Source of the DNA: Dicyema japonicum
Taxonomy: Eukaryota > Animalia > Dicyemida
Direction of reading: 5' to 3'
DNA: 64,000 bases
Assembly (NCBI GenBank): GCA_011109175.1
Contig: RDEW01000068.1
Span: 101,621-165,620 of the forward strand
In this document: one piece after another, positions 13,309-26,135 of the stretch
Position numbering within the stretch: the stretch's first letter is position 1
Layout of the letters: every line of letters begins with the position of its first letter
Notes under the pieces: model-generated
Told to the model about the DNA's origin: nothing
What the model saw: only the letters and a program-made list of their open reading frames with translations
Database searches by the model: none
Translations under genes and position numbers: made by a program

Positions 13309-13460
13309 GGAGTAACCATGGATCCCTTGCTCTCTTTTTCCCAACTTTTAAAGAAACCTCAGGCAAAGGTCCTCCTGAAACTCGACGTGGAGTAACCATG
13401 GATCCCTTGCTCTCTTTTTCCCAACTTTTAAAGCAACCTCAGGCAAAGGAACTTCTGAAA
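13309..13460 (+). repeat. Two-copy tandem repeat, period 80 bp
   Basis: GGAGTAACCATGGATCCCTTGCTCTC... starts at 13309 and again at 13389. Confidence 0.9.
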
Positions 13461-13789
13461 ATCAGCTCTTAAACTAAATCGGAATTTCAATTTCGAACAT
13501 CTACAATATTAATTCTCTATTAGCAAAAATGGTCCACTTAACTAACTTTTTACCTTTCAAATCCCCCCTCACTTTTAAAATTGTCTAACAAATTTCCTTT
13601 CTAGCAGACTTTGTAGTTCCGATTTGATGTCTTGTTTGTTTTATTTCAGATTCCTACCAAGTATAGTATCCCTAAGCTCTGTTTTGTCCCCTGCTTCTTT
13701 AAATTTACGTATAAACAATCTTCCGACCAAGTCCAAGAAACCCCCTTTATGATTTCATTATCGCCCCACAAAACAGTGAGGTCAGCGAA

Positions 13790-13960
13790 ACAACCAATCA
13801 AATTTATGTTTGTTTCTTCTATTCCTCTCTTCCCTTATTCTGGAGTGACGTCATGTGATCCATCTGTTTCAGGTGCACAAAACAGGATCATTTCTCTCCC
13901 TATTCCACTGGAGAAGATCCCACAACTGCATGAAATGGAAGTCTTCTACCTTTTATGCTC
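13790..13960 (+). mobile_element. Divergent SINE A-related core
   Basis: GAGTGACGTCATGTGATCCATCTGT...AGGATCATTTCTCTCCC...CCACTGGAG. Confidence 0.6.
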
Positions 13961-14539
13961 TTCAGGATAGTCTTGTGTGTAATTGGAAGGACTCTAATTC
14001 TGTGACAATAGGAACTGACTATACTTAATTAGTTATTGTTGACTTTACTTATTAAAGACCTGATTAAAGTTCTAAAAAAAAGTCACCGAGTCAGAGACTA
14101 TATTCTGTAAACATCTTCTGTTTTGAAGTAAACCGAAGACTATTATATCGGAGATTCGACCCATCTGAGTGGATCACTTAAGTCGTAGACTTTATCGAAG
14201 GCAAATCCTTTTTATTGATTATCTCTGTCCTCACTATGTGGATTACAGACATAATATTTTCAATTATTCCAAATTGGAGTGTTAATATCAAGTTTGGAAG
14301 TAAGAAACTGTAAGGTTTCAAAATTGAAGGGGGATACTATACATGCTGAACAGGCTGTTAACAAGAAAGTTTAGAGAGTTGACATAGTGGTTGAAGATAA
14401 CAGTTCACCTTTTCTCATATTATTAACCACTCTTCCTCCGTGTTAATGAAAAACCACGTGCAACTTAGCTCTCTCCCTCTCTTAAGCAGAAAGTTCTATC
14501 GGAGGTTCGGAATATACTGCGTTAAAGTGGAGAGATTGG

Positions 14540-15290
14540 TGATTGTCGAGTGAAGGGGAGGAAATTGCCCCCATTCTCAAGGATTCACCTTACAATAAAA
14601 ATCTCCGAATCCAATATCCACCTCAACCTTCACTCTGACTGGAAAATTTCCTGTCCGGAGTGCGCGGGACCAATACAACATTATTTAATTTGTTTTCTCT
14701 CACTATGTCTACAGATTGACGACCTGAGCACATTACTCTTGTTTCATGCAGATGATGTCACTATTACCTCAAGGAAGAGTTCCTCTCCCATGGAAACCAC
14801 AGTAGTTCAACATACCTGTATCTTATGATGAATTGACTCTCACGAAATAAACTGTATGTTTCATCATCAAAATTTACCTTCACTCTATTCAAATCAAATC
14901 GACGCTACAGGGATGTTACTGAGGGATATGTGCTACAGTCGTTTTGAAAACCTTAAAATCCTTAAGATTACGTTAATTATAATGACAGGCCATCGAGCGG
15001 ATTTTACCCTCGTCACTTGCCTGGAAGGAATGGCCGTAGATTCCTCCGATTCTGGCAAGAACAAGAGAATCCACTATGTTCATCTGTGCTACGATCAGAA
15101 AAATGGGGGATCCTTCCTAAGACATCCGTCCCTAAACGACTTCCAGTGTGAGCAGAAGCACAGACACATCTAAGAAACGGTGAGATACCTCGATGATGGC
15201 GAGGGTGGTAAGGGGAACCTGGATCACTTAATTAGTTTTGTTACTATTTCCCTCTTTCTCGGTGTTTCCTAGAGTTATATATATAAATGA
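14540..15290 (+). mobile_element. Degenerate LINE RT plus GIT*-type 3' end
   Basis: FHADDVTI motif; terminal TGGATCACTTAA followed by CTCTTTCTCGGTGTTTCCTAGAGTTA. Confidence 0.6.
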
Positions 15291-15643
15291 TTTTGGCTAA
15301 CATGGTCATGGCTCAATGTGATAAGTGACTGACAAAATTCAGATGTTTTTGCTGGTGTCCATTCCGAATGAAGGTTCCACGGTATCTACGATTCTTCCTA
15401 GCTTGACTACTGACGCTGTCGTATAGGGTTCTTATTATTACTAACATGGTCATGGTAAACTACCTCACTTTGAGGGTCTACAAATTCCGTGGACGGTTAA
15501 GAATCAATTTCTCTGTTGTCCTTACAAAGACCTCCGACTCATTTAGAAGTGTCCCAGAGAAAACTATGTGAACTGACAGCGGACAGAAACAAATGGAAGG
15601 AACTGATAGTGTTTTTATTTTCACACTTTCTATGTGTTATGAC

Positions 15644-16500
15644 TAGGGCGAATTTTTTTTAACCTAAAAAAATTAACTTTATTAACCTAAAAACTAAAAA
15701 ATTAACCCAAAAATTTAACTTTATAACTAAACAATAAAAACACTAAAACTTTTTGTAACAAATACAAATTACATAATTTTCTAAATTTCCTGGTAGAAAA
15801 TGTCTGTTGGATCTTAGAAAATCTTTATCTCAGAGAATCATCGTTCAACCGAGCACTAAATTGGAATAATGAATACTCGGGAGGAGATATGTGTGAATTA
15901 GTCATTTTAATTATGTTTGAAATATCATTTTTTGAAGCCTTTTATTTATGTATTCTTTAATAAATTTGTCGTCATTTCCAAATGCCAACGATTCTAAACT
16001 CTTGTTCAATTGTGAAGCGTATACTTTGGTAATGATAGTTGCAATAGCGACATTATTCTGAAACCTGGAATGTTCGAATAGCTTCGGATAAGGTCACATA
16101 GACTGCAAAATATTTTGAACTTTGATAGATTTTCTGAATAGTATATAGGTTAAAATAATTTTAACCTTAATAATTTTAAATTTTAACCTAATAATTTTTT
16201 AATATACATTTATTTATAATAAAATATAATTAAAAATCATTTTAATGATTATTCATTTACTATTATTAAATTTTAACTTTTTTAACTTGTGCACGAAATA
16301 AACTTGCGAGAACTCGGAGGATTGCTTGCCAGAAAGAAAAGGGATCAACGAGAAGGGTTATGGCTAAGGCAAAAGATTGGAATAGCCATACTCCGAGGGA
16401 ACTCGTTCGCAATCCACGCAGCAGGCTTCCTCAACTGACATTTGTTTAATTGTTAAAAATTTTTTTGTTAAAAAAAATTTTTTTAACTTAGTTCGGCCTA
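15644..16500 (-). mobile_element. Non-autonomous hAT element
   Basis: TIRs TAGGGCGAA / TTCGGCCTA; 8-bp TSD GTTATGAC at 15636-15643 and 16501-16508; residual FLRSNRHFLPGNLENYV on the minus strand; 16330-16445 recurs inverted at 55085-55190. Confidence 0.85.
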
Positions 16501-16939
16501 GTTATGACCATGGAATGAAAGTGCATTAATAGTAATTGATTTGCTTCGCTACCACAAACAGACTTTCTCGATAAACTGATTGCACTCAAACAACGGACTT
16601 TTTCATTTAGGGAGATGTTCAAGTCAGTTTAACCTCTATGAACCAATCAACTCACTCTGCGTCCTCAGACTTTCTCAAAAGCCTCAATTTCACCCGCTTA
16701 AGTTGTGAATCGGCTGTACTAAAGTATATTAATGATAACTTTGAGATTTGATAACTTTTTAAGACTGCCGTAGAGGTTCTCTGGAGCTCTAGTAACACAC
16801 GTCTTCACTCATCTCTAAAATATTTTTTTATTTCAAAAATTTTTCCCGTGAAATAGAAATTTCAGTCCTTTTTCTAACCATGTAGCACTGTAAGATTTTA
16901 AATTTAAAATGCAAATTCATTTAAAATTGAAAACAAAAT

Positions 16940-17095
16940 AAATTAATCCGAAAATTTTAATAAATGTTTTTCGGATTGCGGATTATGAAGTTTCGGTTTA
17001 TTGAAGCCTGTTTGTATGGAATCTTTTTAAAATTTTGCTGACTCGTCAAAAACTTCGGATTATTGAAGTTTTCGGATTAATGGGGGTTTACTGTA
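16940..17095. mobile_element. pogo/Tc1-type MITE end
   Basis: Repeated TTCGGATT units ending GGGGGTTTACTGTA; partner end not found. Confidence 0.45.
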
Positions 17096-17584
17096 TAAGC
17101 AAATAAGTTATCCAAGTGGTTAGTTGATCTGAGGTGGTGGATTTTTATTACAGGAAATATATGCTTATCTTCATGATGGATAAAAGCCATTATTTTTTTT
17201 CTCGTGAGCACAAAAAGGTGGACAAATTCAGTAGACTTCACAAACCCAAAGTTCTTAATGAAGGGAGGATCAGTCCATGCTCTTCTGTCGTACGCTCTTC
17301 CATGGTGAGTTTCTAGATCTTCATTAGTGAGCTTTGATACTTTCCATTGATGTTGGCGTGAAGTGAGTTTCCATTAGTAGTTTATTGGGATGCTATAACC
17401 AAAATAGTTTCCCCCGGTATTTTAGAATTATTTCCAAACGTAAAAAACAATACAATCCTAAGGTTGAAGTCTTTACTTCTCTATAACAGATTGTATTCGC
17501 CTTCGGTGGACCACCCCCAATTTACCAAGTTCAATTCTGGATATCCCCTGATTTTTAAATTCCGAAATGTTTATACGAAGATGT

Positions 17585-17685
17585 ATTTGGAGTCAACTTC
17601 GCTAAGTAAGGATCGTTTCGTATGAAATCCGTTTAATAGCGAGAATAAGAAAATATTCAACTTAAACTGAGTGATTTATACACTT
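17585..17685. repeat. ~100-bp dispersed repeat, second copy at 46050-46150
   Basis: TGGAGTCAACTTCGC...AAACTGAGTGATTTATACAC nearly identical at both loci. Confidence 0.8.
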
Positions 17686-18051
17686 GTATATCCGAGAAAA
17701 TTATTTTACACGTGATGCTTCATTCAGTTTTATTTTGGCCCATCATAGTAATCCTCATTGATTTTCATAATCTATTCAAAATAATTCTTTCAGATTCTCG
17801 ACAATTTCTAATTAGACTTTCGCCTTTCATTTTGTATTTATGATTCTTAGATCTTAGATTTTTGAGTTCCCCATCTCCTGAGTTTTCATTCCGAGGCTTT
17901 CACATTTTTCACCACCAATTAGGTTTGATGGCCCTTGAGTTAATTGTTTAATTCATCCCCCGATGTATTTAATATTTTCTTGTCAGTAATTGATTATTCC
18001 ACCAAATAAAGTATATATACTCTGTAGAGTGGATATATTTAGTATGATTGA

Positions 18052-18795
18052 ATGTTGTATTTGCTGATTGGTCTGTGTGTGAATATGGAGAGTGATATTG
18101 TTCTCGACGTGGATGATGTCTCACTTCTTAACCTGGAACCGTCACTGAAGGTACTTGACCAGTCTGCTCTGCTGATCCGTAACTAATTTGGTTATAAAAT
18201 AGAAGTCGACGGTGGAAGGTTCAGGGCTACAATTGTAACCAATAAATATGACTATTTGTGCTCCCTTGAGTGCTCCATTTCTCAAGCAGATCCCCGACTC
18301 ATAATTTCGTGCCATAAAAATTCATCCTCTAAGATAGTCACTATGCAGATCCCCACAGTTGACTTTGAAGGGGATCTTAAAGATTTCGAGGGAAATGTGG
18401 TGAATTGTACGTTTACACAAGGCAGTAAACCAAAGATTCAAATGAAGGGAGGTCTAAAACAGAAAAGAGGACTGAACAGGGAGACTGCTTGTGACGTTCG
18501 ATGGAAGATAATACGACCAAAGGACTATGAGATTGACTGGATCGTTGTCCCCCTTATTAATTTTACGTATTGCTACGGCCACTGCAGTTTGGGAGGAAAT
18601 GAGGGATTAACGAATCACGCTATTATGCAATTTCTCGTGTACCAGAGATACAATGCTGGAATCCCTGGGTTATGCTGTGCCCCCATAGAAATGGACTATC
18701 AACACGTGTTTGTTACTCACAAACATACAAATGGTACCTCGTACCGACAGATGCTTCTCAATGATTTCACAGTGCAGAAATGTGGCTGTGTGTGA
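18052..18795 (+). CDS. TGF-beta/BMP family ligand precursor (~239 aa, 2 exons)
   Basis: MLYLLIGLCV leader; 24-nt intron 18179-18202 keeps frame into ORF 18256; KQKR furin-like site; C...CYGHC...NHAIMQ...CCAP...CGC cystine knot. Confidence 0.9.
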
Positions 18796-19537
18796 TACAC
18801 AAATGTGTGAATCTCAGAAAAAAGTGCCTAAAATGAAAGTTCTGCTGTTTTATTAATAAATTTGCTTGTCTCATGTAATCTGATAGATAGTCGGTGTGCC
18901 GAACGATACCTCCTTATTAAGAAAATATACAAGAATTAGTGAATAGATTAGCTGAGAATAATGGGATGCACTCAAGTACTATTGATGACCACGAAATTCA
19001 AATATGCTAATTGGTTAATTGATTTTTGTTTATTAATTAAGATATTCTAGTTCCATTAAAATAAATGAAGGACTACCTTTTGACGTTCCTCAACTCTGAA
19101 GAACCACGATAAAGACCTCAAGGGTAGCAGAGAAGGATGATGACTTTAACTAATACCCGAACCGACAGCAGACATATGGAGGAGACTACATTGCTTTGTT
19201 CATGTTGCACGTATGACCATGACATTGTGAAATTACAGTCAAGGATATGAGGACATAGGTGCAGTAGAACTATGCCTAATACAACAAAACTACACAACAA
19301 CAAAAGCATCAACTAGCACTAAGTGATCGGTTCAAAAATATCACATAGTGGGCGTTTTATATAAGACTAGACCCCTCAATGACCCTACTATAAACGACAA
19401 GAGTTAATGTCACATAATTGGTCAAATGCATAACCAATCTGTCAATCCACAACCAAAAGTCTCAAGGAATACTTATCATAGTCCACTTTTTCCATTATTT
19501 AAGCCAAAGAAGCACCGTCTTAACCACTAACTAATAT

Positions 19538-19790
19538 TCAGGTGATCCCGGCATCTCTCAATAATCGGGCTATCTTTTCTCGATGCTCCGACCGTGATCC
19601 CACGCATTTTCTATACGGACGGGGGTCTTTTTCCTTTCCTCTTCTGAAATTGCCTCCAGTTGCCTCTATGATAGACTCGAGTGCTCTGGGGGCAATTTCT
19701 TTATCTGTATATTTTTCTAGTAATTTTTTTGTTCTTGATTGGATCTCTTGAATTTTTGTTAGGTTCGTTGTCATGCTATACAATAACCCA
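19538..19790 (-). mobile_element. LINE 3' end (GIT* family)
   Basis: KCVGSRSEHREKIARLLRDAGIT*. Confidence 0.65.
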
Positions 19791-19894
19791 GAGACTCTTA
19801 TGTTCCTAGATGACATAAGGAATGTATCGATAAAATATAAAATAAATATATTTAAATTGAAATTCAAATAAATTAATAAATCCAAGGAAACAGA

Positions 19895-20310
19895 ATGAGC
19901 ACAATCAACGAACTTACTGAAAGTATAAACAACTAAAATAATTTTCAGAAATAAAAACAAAATTGGATAAAAACGGACACACAGATTCTTTAAAAGCGTC
20001 GATAAGACATGAAGTGATCAAGTTTCTGACAAACAACGGGGAGAGTCGCCCATCCATGCCATCAGAAGTTCAGCTAATCAATTCTCTGATAAAAGAATAT
20101 CTAAATTTTCATAACTACAAGTTCACAGCGATGACTTTGGAAACTGGTTGTGGTAACTCTGAGATTTGAAACTGGCAGTTGTTTCTCCCTAAACCGAAGG
20201 GAAATGCTGAATAGACTGAACATACAGGAAAATGATAGGAGCGCCAAATTGTAGTTATTTTTTTTACGAATTAAGACCGATTTTGACAAACATAATTTTT
20301 ATAATGACAT
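19895..20310 (+). CDS. FOPNL: FOPNL/CEP20-like LisH centrosomal protein (multi-exon; one junction near 20150 unresolved)
   Basis: MSTINELTE, 26-nt intron 19923-19948, then LKASIRHEV...LINSLIKEYL..YKFTAMTL; last exon LPILTNII resembles the family terminus; 3' end approximate. Confidence 0.75.
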
Positions 20311-20398
20311 TAATAGTGACGATAATTAGCATATTTATTGTTTATTATATTAAATTTATTTTAAATTTTAAAATTTAAACATAACTTTTGTGGTGCAC

Positions 20399-20760
20399 AT
20401 GAAGAAGATTCATTTTCTGCCATGTAAAATCAATTACGCGGGACCTGCGCGGGTTGAAAAGTTTTTCGAGAGTCTGATAACAGAATCCGGGGATATCTTG
20501 ACCACTTCTTTCCGTGGAAGGCGATTAGTTGGGAATAAAGTAATCATCCCCGAGGAATATGAATGTAATAACACGTGGAGTTACCAATAGTAAAATTGAC
20601 ATCGGATTTCAATAATTTCCACCAGCCTGACATCTCCTTCACTGATTGGCGGATTTCCACCTCTTCCCTTGCCTCAGCCTTATCTTGGCCAGTGATTGCA
20701 AGATCTGTATTACATAATCATTATTTGTAGATACACGATCCTGTGGAGGACGATTCTTAA
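20399..20760 (+). CDS. RNASEH2C: Ribonuclease H2 subunit C
   Basis: IHFLPCKINYAGPARVEKFF, SFRGRRL, ALSWPVIARSIHDPVEDDS*; introns 20565-20590 and 20707-20730. Confidence 0.85.
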
Positions 20761-21351
20761 TGATTTTGTTAACTTTATTAAATATAATTTTGCTATGATT
20801 CCATCATTATGGAGATATTTTTTCTTAGATTAGTTTTTTTAGTATATGTTAATGCCGGGAGGTTGAGTTGGTGGATCTGGGGCACTGTTATATAGCTCTA
20901 GTATACGTAGAGTGTTCAAGTTTGATGAAACGTGCCATTGTAGTGTGTAAAGGAAGCTAGCAAATAGTCCACCATTCAATCATGTGAATTATATTAATTT
21001 GTACGGGGATGAGTTGAGACCGCATATTTTATAATTTAAAAAAGCTAAAGGCTGTTTTGGCAACTAAGTTGTTTTTTGTATCACATAATCTCTGATGTTC
21101 TCACTTACCACCAATTACTATCTCCTTTATCGATTACAGCAACTTAAACTCAAATCGCTTCCTACGTGCCATCAAATCTTTGATGGAAAAAAGGACAAGA
21201 GACGGAGAAAAAAGAAATGAAGCTTCAAGGTTTGATCACTAAGGCCACATTCAGTAGCCACGTGAGCACATAATTTACAAAATTGACATTTCAATCGACT
21301 AAAATAGACAATAGGCAATTAAATAATCAGCTAGTTGTTAGGTAATGAAAG

Positions 21352-22345
21352 TCAAGCCCAGCTTTGAGGATTCTTAAGGAGCTCCATCATCTCAGCCTCT
21401 GAGTCCCTTCATCTGGATGGTAGTTATATCTCCACTTTACAACACGTGGAAGTGATAGAGAATCGTGTCGATTCTCACATGAGGAGCGTTTATTCCGAAT
21501 TTGGTGCCCCGATCGTAGAGAAGGTTAAATTCAACATATCTCCCCCGCCTGATGAGTTGCCACTCCCTCATATTCTCCGTAAAAGCACGGTCACTGAAAG
21601 ACCGAACATGTGCAAAATAGCATTTGATAGCAGCCAAGGTCGAGTCACGTGAGAAGTCCAGCAAGTCAGATTTCGAAAATTGGTTCAAGTCGTCGTAGAA
21701 AATACCGCCAATTCCGCGAGTTTCGCCTGGGTAAATCACGGAATTACCTCTCGCGGGAAGACTGAAATACAGGTCACAATTTCTTTTGAAGTTGTCGTAA
21801 ATAGAAGGATCAAGCTTGTCACACTCCGTTTTCAGAGCACCGTGAAATGAACGGAAAAATTCTTCGTTGACGTAACTTGGGGTAATGTCGCTACCTCCTC
21901 CAAACCACCACTCCTCTCCCACTTGAAAGTACCTCACGTTCAAATGGAAGAGCAGATCCACGGATTGTTCTAAACTCAGGCAAGCCGTGGGTACCGAATG
22001 GATAATGACACTCAGTCCTGTAACGAAAAACTCGGAGTCCACTCCTATTTTTTCATGTCCCCTAACGTCGTTTAAAAGACTACCTTGATTTCATACTCTT
22101 TATGGCTTCCGGAGTGAGCTTCCCCCGCATTGTGGAGACACAAATCCCTGCGCTTTCAATGGGTGATCCATTTTCGAGTATACACGTGCGTCCCGTGCCA
22201 CAATTCCCAAATCCATCCTAAATGTAACAATAAAGAAAACATCACGCGACCATTCTTCTGTGGATATTCCTTTTTCGTCTGGAAAATTGTCGCAAATATA
22301 TTTCTGGGATAAATTTGAGTAAAACCTGCAAATCATAAACGACAT
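21352..22345 (-). CDS. CPOX: Oxygen-dependent coproporphyrinogen III oxidase
   Basis: WWFGGGSDITP, RGIGGIFYDD, RRGRYVEFNLLYDRGTKFG, C-terminal LKNPQSWA*; intron 21970-21994; needs at least three 1-nt insertions to restore frame. Confidence 0.92.
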
Positions 22346-22480
22346 ATTCCATGATTAATTCAATTTAATCGTTCTTATCAACTTTTAAATTGTATAAATT
22401 AAATATAAAAATATTAAATATAAATTAAAATCCCAGAACTTATTTAGATAACGGCAGCCACCTTATTATTAACATTTTTG

Positions 22481-22770
22481 GCCGCGTGGTGCCATGTGAT
22501 GCTATTTGGCTAGGTTAGTTGGTTGAGATTATCTGTTCGTTTTGTCCATTCCTCCTTCTCCCACAAACTAGAGTTGCGTCATGTGATCCACCTCCCCCAC
22601 TCCACTGGAGGGATTTCCGCAACTACAAGAAATGGACATCTTTTATGCTGGCTCTGTATAAACTTGTGTGACGTTGAGGGACTCTTTTTCTGTAACAGTG
22701 GAAACTGGATACACTTAATTAGTTGTTTACTGTTAACTTCTTTCTCTGTCTATCCGGGGTCAATAATAAT
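22481..22770 (+). mobile_element. SINE family A copy
   Basis: GCCGCGTGGTGCCATG head, GTCATGTGATCCACC core, TATCCGGGGTCAATAATAAT tail. Confidence 0.8.
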
Positions 22771-23399
22771 GCTGAAGTCTCTTTTGGGGCGTACAGGGAG
22801 CACGTGATTTGTTAGTTTGGTGCTACCTTGGTTTTTGGGTATTTTTCATTTGCTATAAACAAATATACTAATTAAGTCCCTACATGTGCCACATACGAGA
22901 CTTCTTCCGGTTTTCACACAATAAATTTGTGAGATTCTGCTAGTAAGAAGATAATTCGGTAATCATTAATGTAACTCATCTAGTCCACATTTGATTTCGT
23001 CTCTTGAAAGCACCCAATAAATATTCAAATCCTGTCATAAGATGATCCATTTGGAAATATCGTTCAAGTCTCTAAATTAAATGATAGAACTGTAAAATCG
23101 TCCTATAGCCTTATATGTCATTAAGACTTTGTGAAATTGAGTGACTAGCTCAACCTAAAAACGAAAGAATGGTTGTAGGCGACTTTCTAGCGTCAATATA
23201 CAGTACGACTTCGATTCAGAGTATACCTCACCTCGGTTTTTGGAACACCCTCAGATTTTTGAACACTTGGTAGATTGGCATAGAAATAGAAAAGACTAAA
23301 AACCTCGATTTGGAACGAAATTAATTATGTCACAGTCCATACATGCGAGGGCGCCGTACATGCGAGATTCATCACAAATACCAAAAAAATTTCTTAGTA

Positions 23400-23515
23400 A
23401 AACTTTCATTGGAAAAAATTATGGTCTGGCTGAGGCAACGAATTGGTGTCGCAGTTGTCCGCGGAAACGCTTACTCCGTGATGTCAGCAGCCGCTCTCCC
23501 CCATAGTTAATAAAA
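23400..23515 (+). mobile_element. CRE 3' end
   Basis: WLRQRIGVAVVRGNAYSV...* then AATAAA. Confidence 0.7.
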
Positions 23516-23579
23516 TAATTATTAATAATATTAAAATTACATATAGTACATATTTTTATTTAAAATATTAATTATAAAA

Positions 23580-24180
23580 CATGTATCTAGTGAATATAAC
23601 ACGTGATACCTTGGAAAAATTAGGATCTACTGTACTACTGGTAAGATCGATAATTGCCGTGACTGGAGAGAACGGGCAAAAATCAAAAGATGTACCGAAC
23701 AATTCATTTTCAAAGATTTGAAACTCTACATTATAAAAAATGGTATATAACTGAGATACTTTTGTCTGGAAGAAGCCGAACTTAAAGAAAAATACATTGA
23801 AGTTTTACATCATCCAATTTATATTAGGCTCTACTTAATCACTTTGGACGAGATAATTATATAGTTACTTACCCTTTATGGTGCTACACGTAGAGAAGTT
23901 AGTACTGTGGTCTCCAAATGTGTTTATTGTCAGTCAAAACGATTGCTTGCAACTAAACCTGAAATTACGCCAATCATTGCTTATGCTCCAAGAGATCGGT
24001 ACTTTGTAGATCTTGTTGAATTACGTTGACATTCTTCTCAAAATGAAAACTATTGTTGGGTAATTAGTTTGCAATATATTTATCAGATTATGGTTCTTAT
24101 AGACTCATTTTCTAAATTCGCTGTTGTTGAAAGTGCCTTCAAATCTGGAAGTAAAACATCAAGAATTCTAATGAATATTT
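23580..24180 (+). mobile_element. Ginger-like (Gypsy-type integrase) DNA transposon remnant with introns
   Basis: H...HFGRD and KCVYCQ zinc-binding residues; RDRYFVDLVEL and IDSFSKF core; 27-nt intron 24060-24086; internal stop codons. Confidence 0.7.
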
Positions 24181-24465
24181 TTTTCTTATTGGATCGGGTT
24201 GATTTAAAATAGTTTAGCTTGACTTCAAAGTAATGTTGGTTTTCAAGTAATTCCTATAATCACAACTAAGAGTATAAAGCTTATAAATTTTAGATTTTTA
24301 ATGAATATTTAATACAACGAATTCCAAAAATGTGATTTTTATTGAAAAATATGAATCTCGCATGTATGGACTGTGACATTTAATGGTTTATTTTATTTTT
24401 TATTTAAAAAAATTTCACGTTGATTTAATATCCTTGTGGTGTCCTTAAAGTGAGCATCACCCTGA

Positions 24466-24730
24466 CCAAATCCTCTGGTGATTACATTATGAAAACTATT
24501 CCGCCGAAGAATGAAGTGATGCCCGCGACGGTAGGACGTGGGACGAAAATGGAAGAGGGCGGACCTATTTCTCCACCTTTCTTCGCAAGCGAAACCTGTA
24601 ATGTTCTATTGGGAGATGGATTTGGTCGGCACAACCAGATGTTCTAATCTGGGTTCTTTTCTTGGGTTAACTAGTTATGACTGCATGTGCTGGGCTTACC
24701 TAAGATTGTAAGCCTGGGGTTAATAATAAT
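24466..24730 (+). repeat. Dispersed repeat family B, copy 2
   Basis: Aligns with 737-992; ends GGGGTTAATAATAAT. Confidence 0.75.
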
Positions 24731-25529
24731 ACAACAATAATAAGTGACCCTAATTACCAAGGAAATTTGAAATAGCTTTTTTCTTATCGAAAAAAATCAA
24801 TTCTCACAGATTCACACAAAAGTTCGGAGCGAGCATTGGAACTATAGCTCGAATAAAAAAGATGTGCCTCTTTTGATTGGTGGGAATATCTGTTCAAGGA
24901 TTGAAACTCGTGAAAAAAATGAAGATACTTTTAAATTGCTGGAATAAAAGGTTCTCAAAGTATTTCATCACTTGAGACTGCAACATGTCCCAGTTAGTGG
25001 CCACTTATTAAAAAAGATTTAAGACATCAAATGGGTGCTTAGAAAACTATAAAACAAGACAGAGTAAAGTTCAAATGTCCTGCAGGTTCAAGCAATGGAA
25101 TTGATGGCCTCGTGACACTTATTGAAAAAATTGTGTAATATGGGAAGGAAAATTTTTTAACTGCGATGAAACTTGTCTTTTTTGAAAAAAACTACGAAAA
25201 AATCATTTCTCCAAAGAAACAATAATTCACCTGGCTATAAGCAGAGCAAAGAAAAAAATGAAATAACAAAAGGAATCCTCAAACAAATTAATGATTTGGA
25301 AGAATTTATTTTAGATATCGCTCCGGATTCCCCGAGTTTTATTCGTTTAAGAAAAAACAGCTAAATTTGAAAAAAATATGCATTTGGAGTAAAATTGAAC
25401 ATTTTTTGCCAATACGTCACAATAAATTTGTCAAATTCATAAAGTTCAGGGTTTACAGCGCTTACACGTAATGATCGGAGATCGGACGAATCTTGGAGAA
25501 GGCAAAAGAAGTTCGGCTCGCTTCTAGGA

Positions 25530-26135
25530 GAATCTGAAGATGCTACTCGTAGGAAGATCCTTGCTATGAGTGCACTGAAAAAAATATCGTCAATATGGAG
25601 CCACAAGAAGAGGATAGGACTGAACACCAGGCGTAGAATATACAAAATTTTTGTCATCCCGGCACTAACCTACAACTCTGGGACTTGGGAAATCTCAAAA
25701 GGGAAATGGGCCGTCTTGACTCTTTCCACAGAGCTCAGCTCAAATCCATAATCACGATCAACTGGTCTATGAAGATCTCTAATGCAAACCTTCATAATAA
25801 ATGCAAATTCGGTGTGCTGTCAGATGATATTTTCAAATCAAGATGAGCCTCTTTGGTCACGTGTTGCGTCTAAATGACCAGGTCCCTGCAATATCGCAAT
25901 GGACAATTACTTCGCACACATTGGAGCCGTATTCCGCGAAAGGCCAAGACACCTACGACTATCTTGAACGAAGACCTATCGGTGGCCGGTGTGAGACTAA
26001 CTTCGGCGGACGATCTGGACCACCTAAGAGAACTAGCGCGCAACAGAGGATCATGGTCGAGGTTGACGGAGAGGTCATTAAGAATACGACACAAGGCAAA
26101 CTTAACTAATTTATGTTTTCTCGGGAGTGTTTTTT
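25530..26135 (+). mobile_element. RTE-like LINE 3' fragment
   Basis: IYKIFVIPALTYNSGTW, SLFGHVLRL; (TAA)n tail at about 26135. Confidence 0.8.

Noticed and set aside
19538-19960. 140-aa ORF with a hydrophobic N-terminus
   Set aside because: The 5' half is AT-rich FOPNL upstream sequence read in antisense; only the 3' half is a LINE terminus
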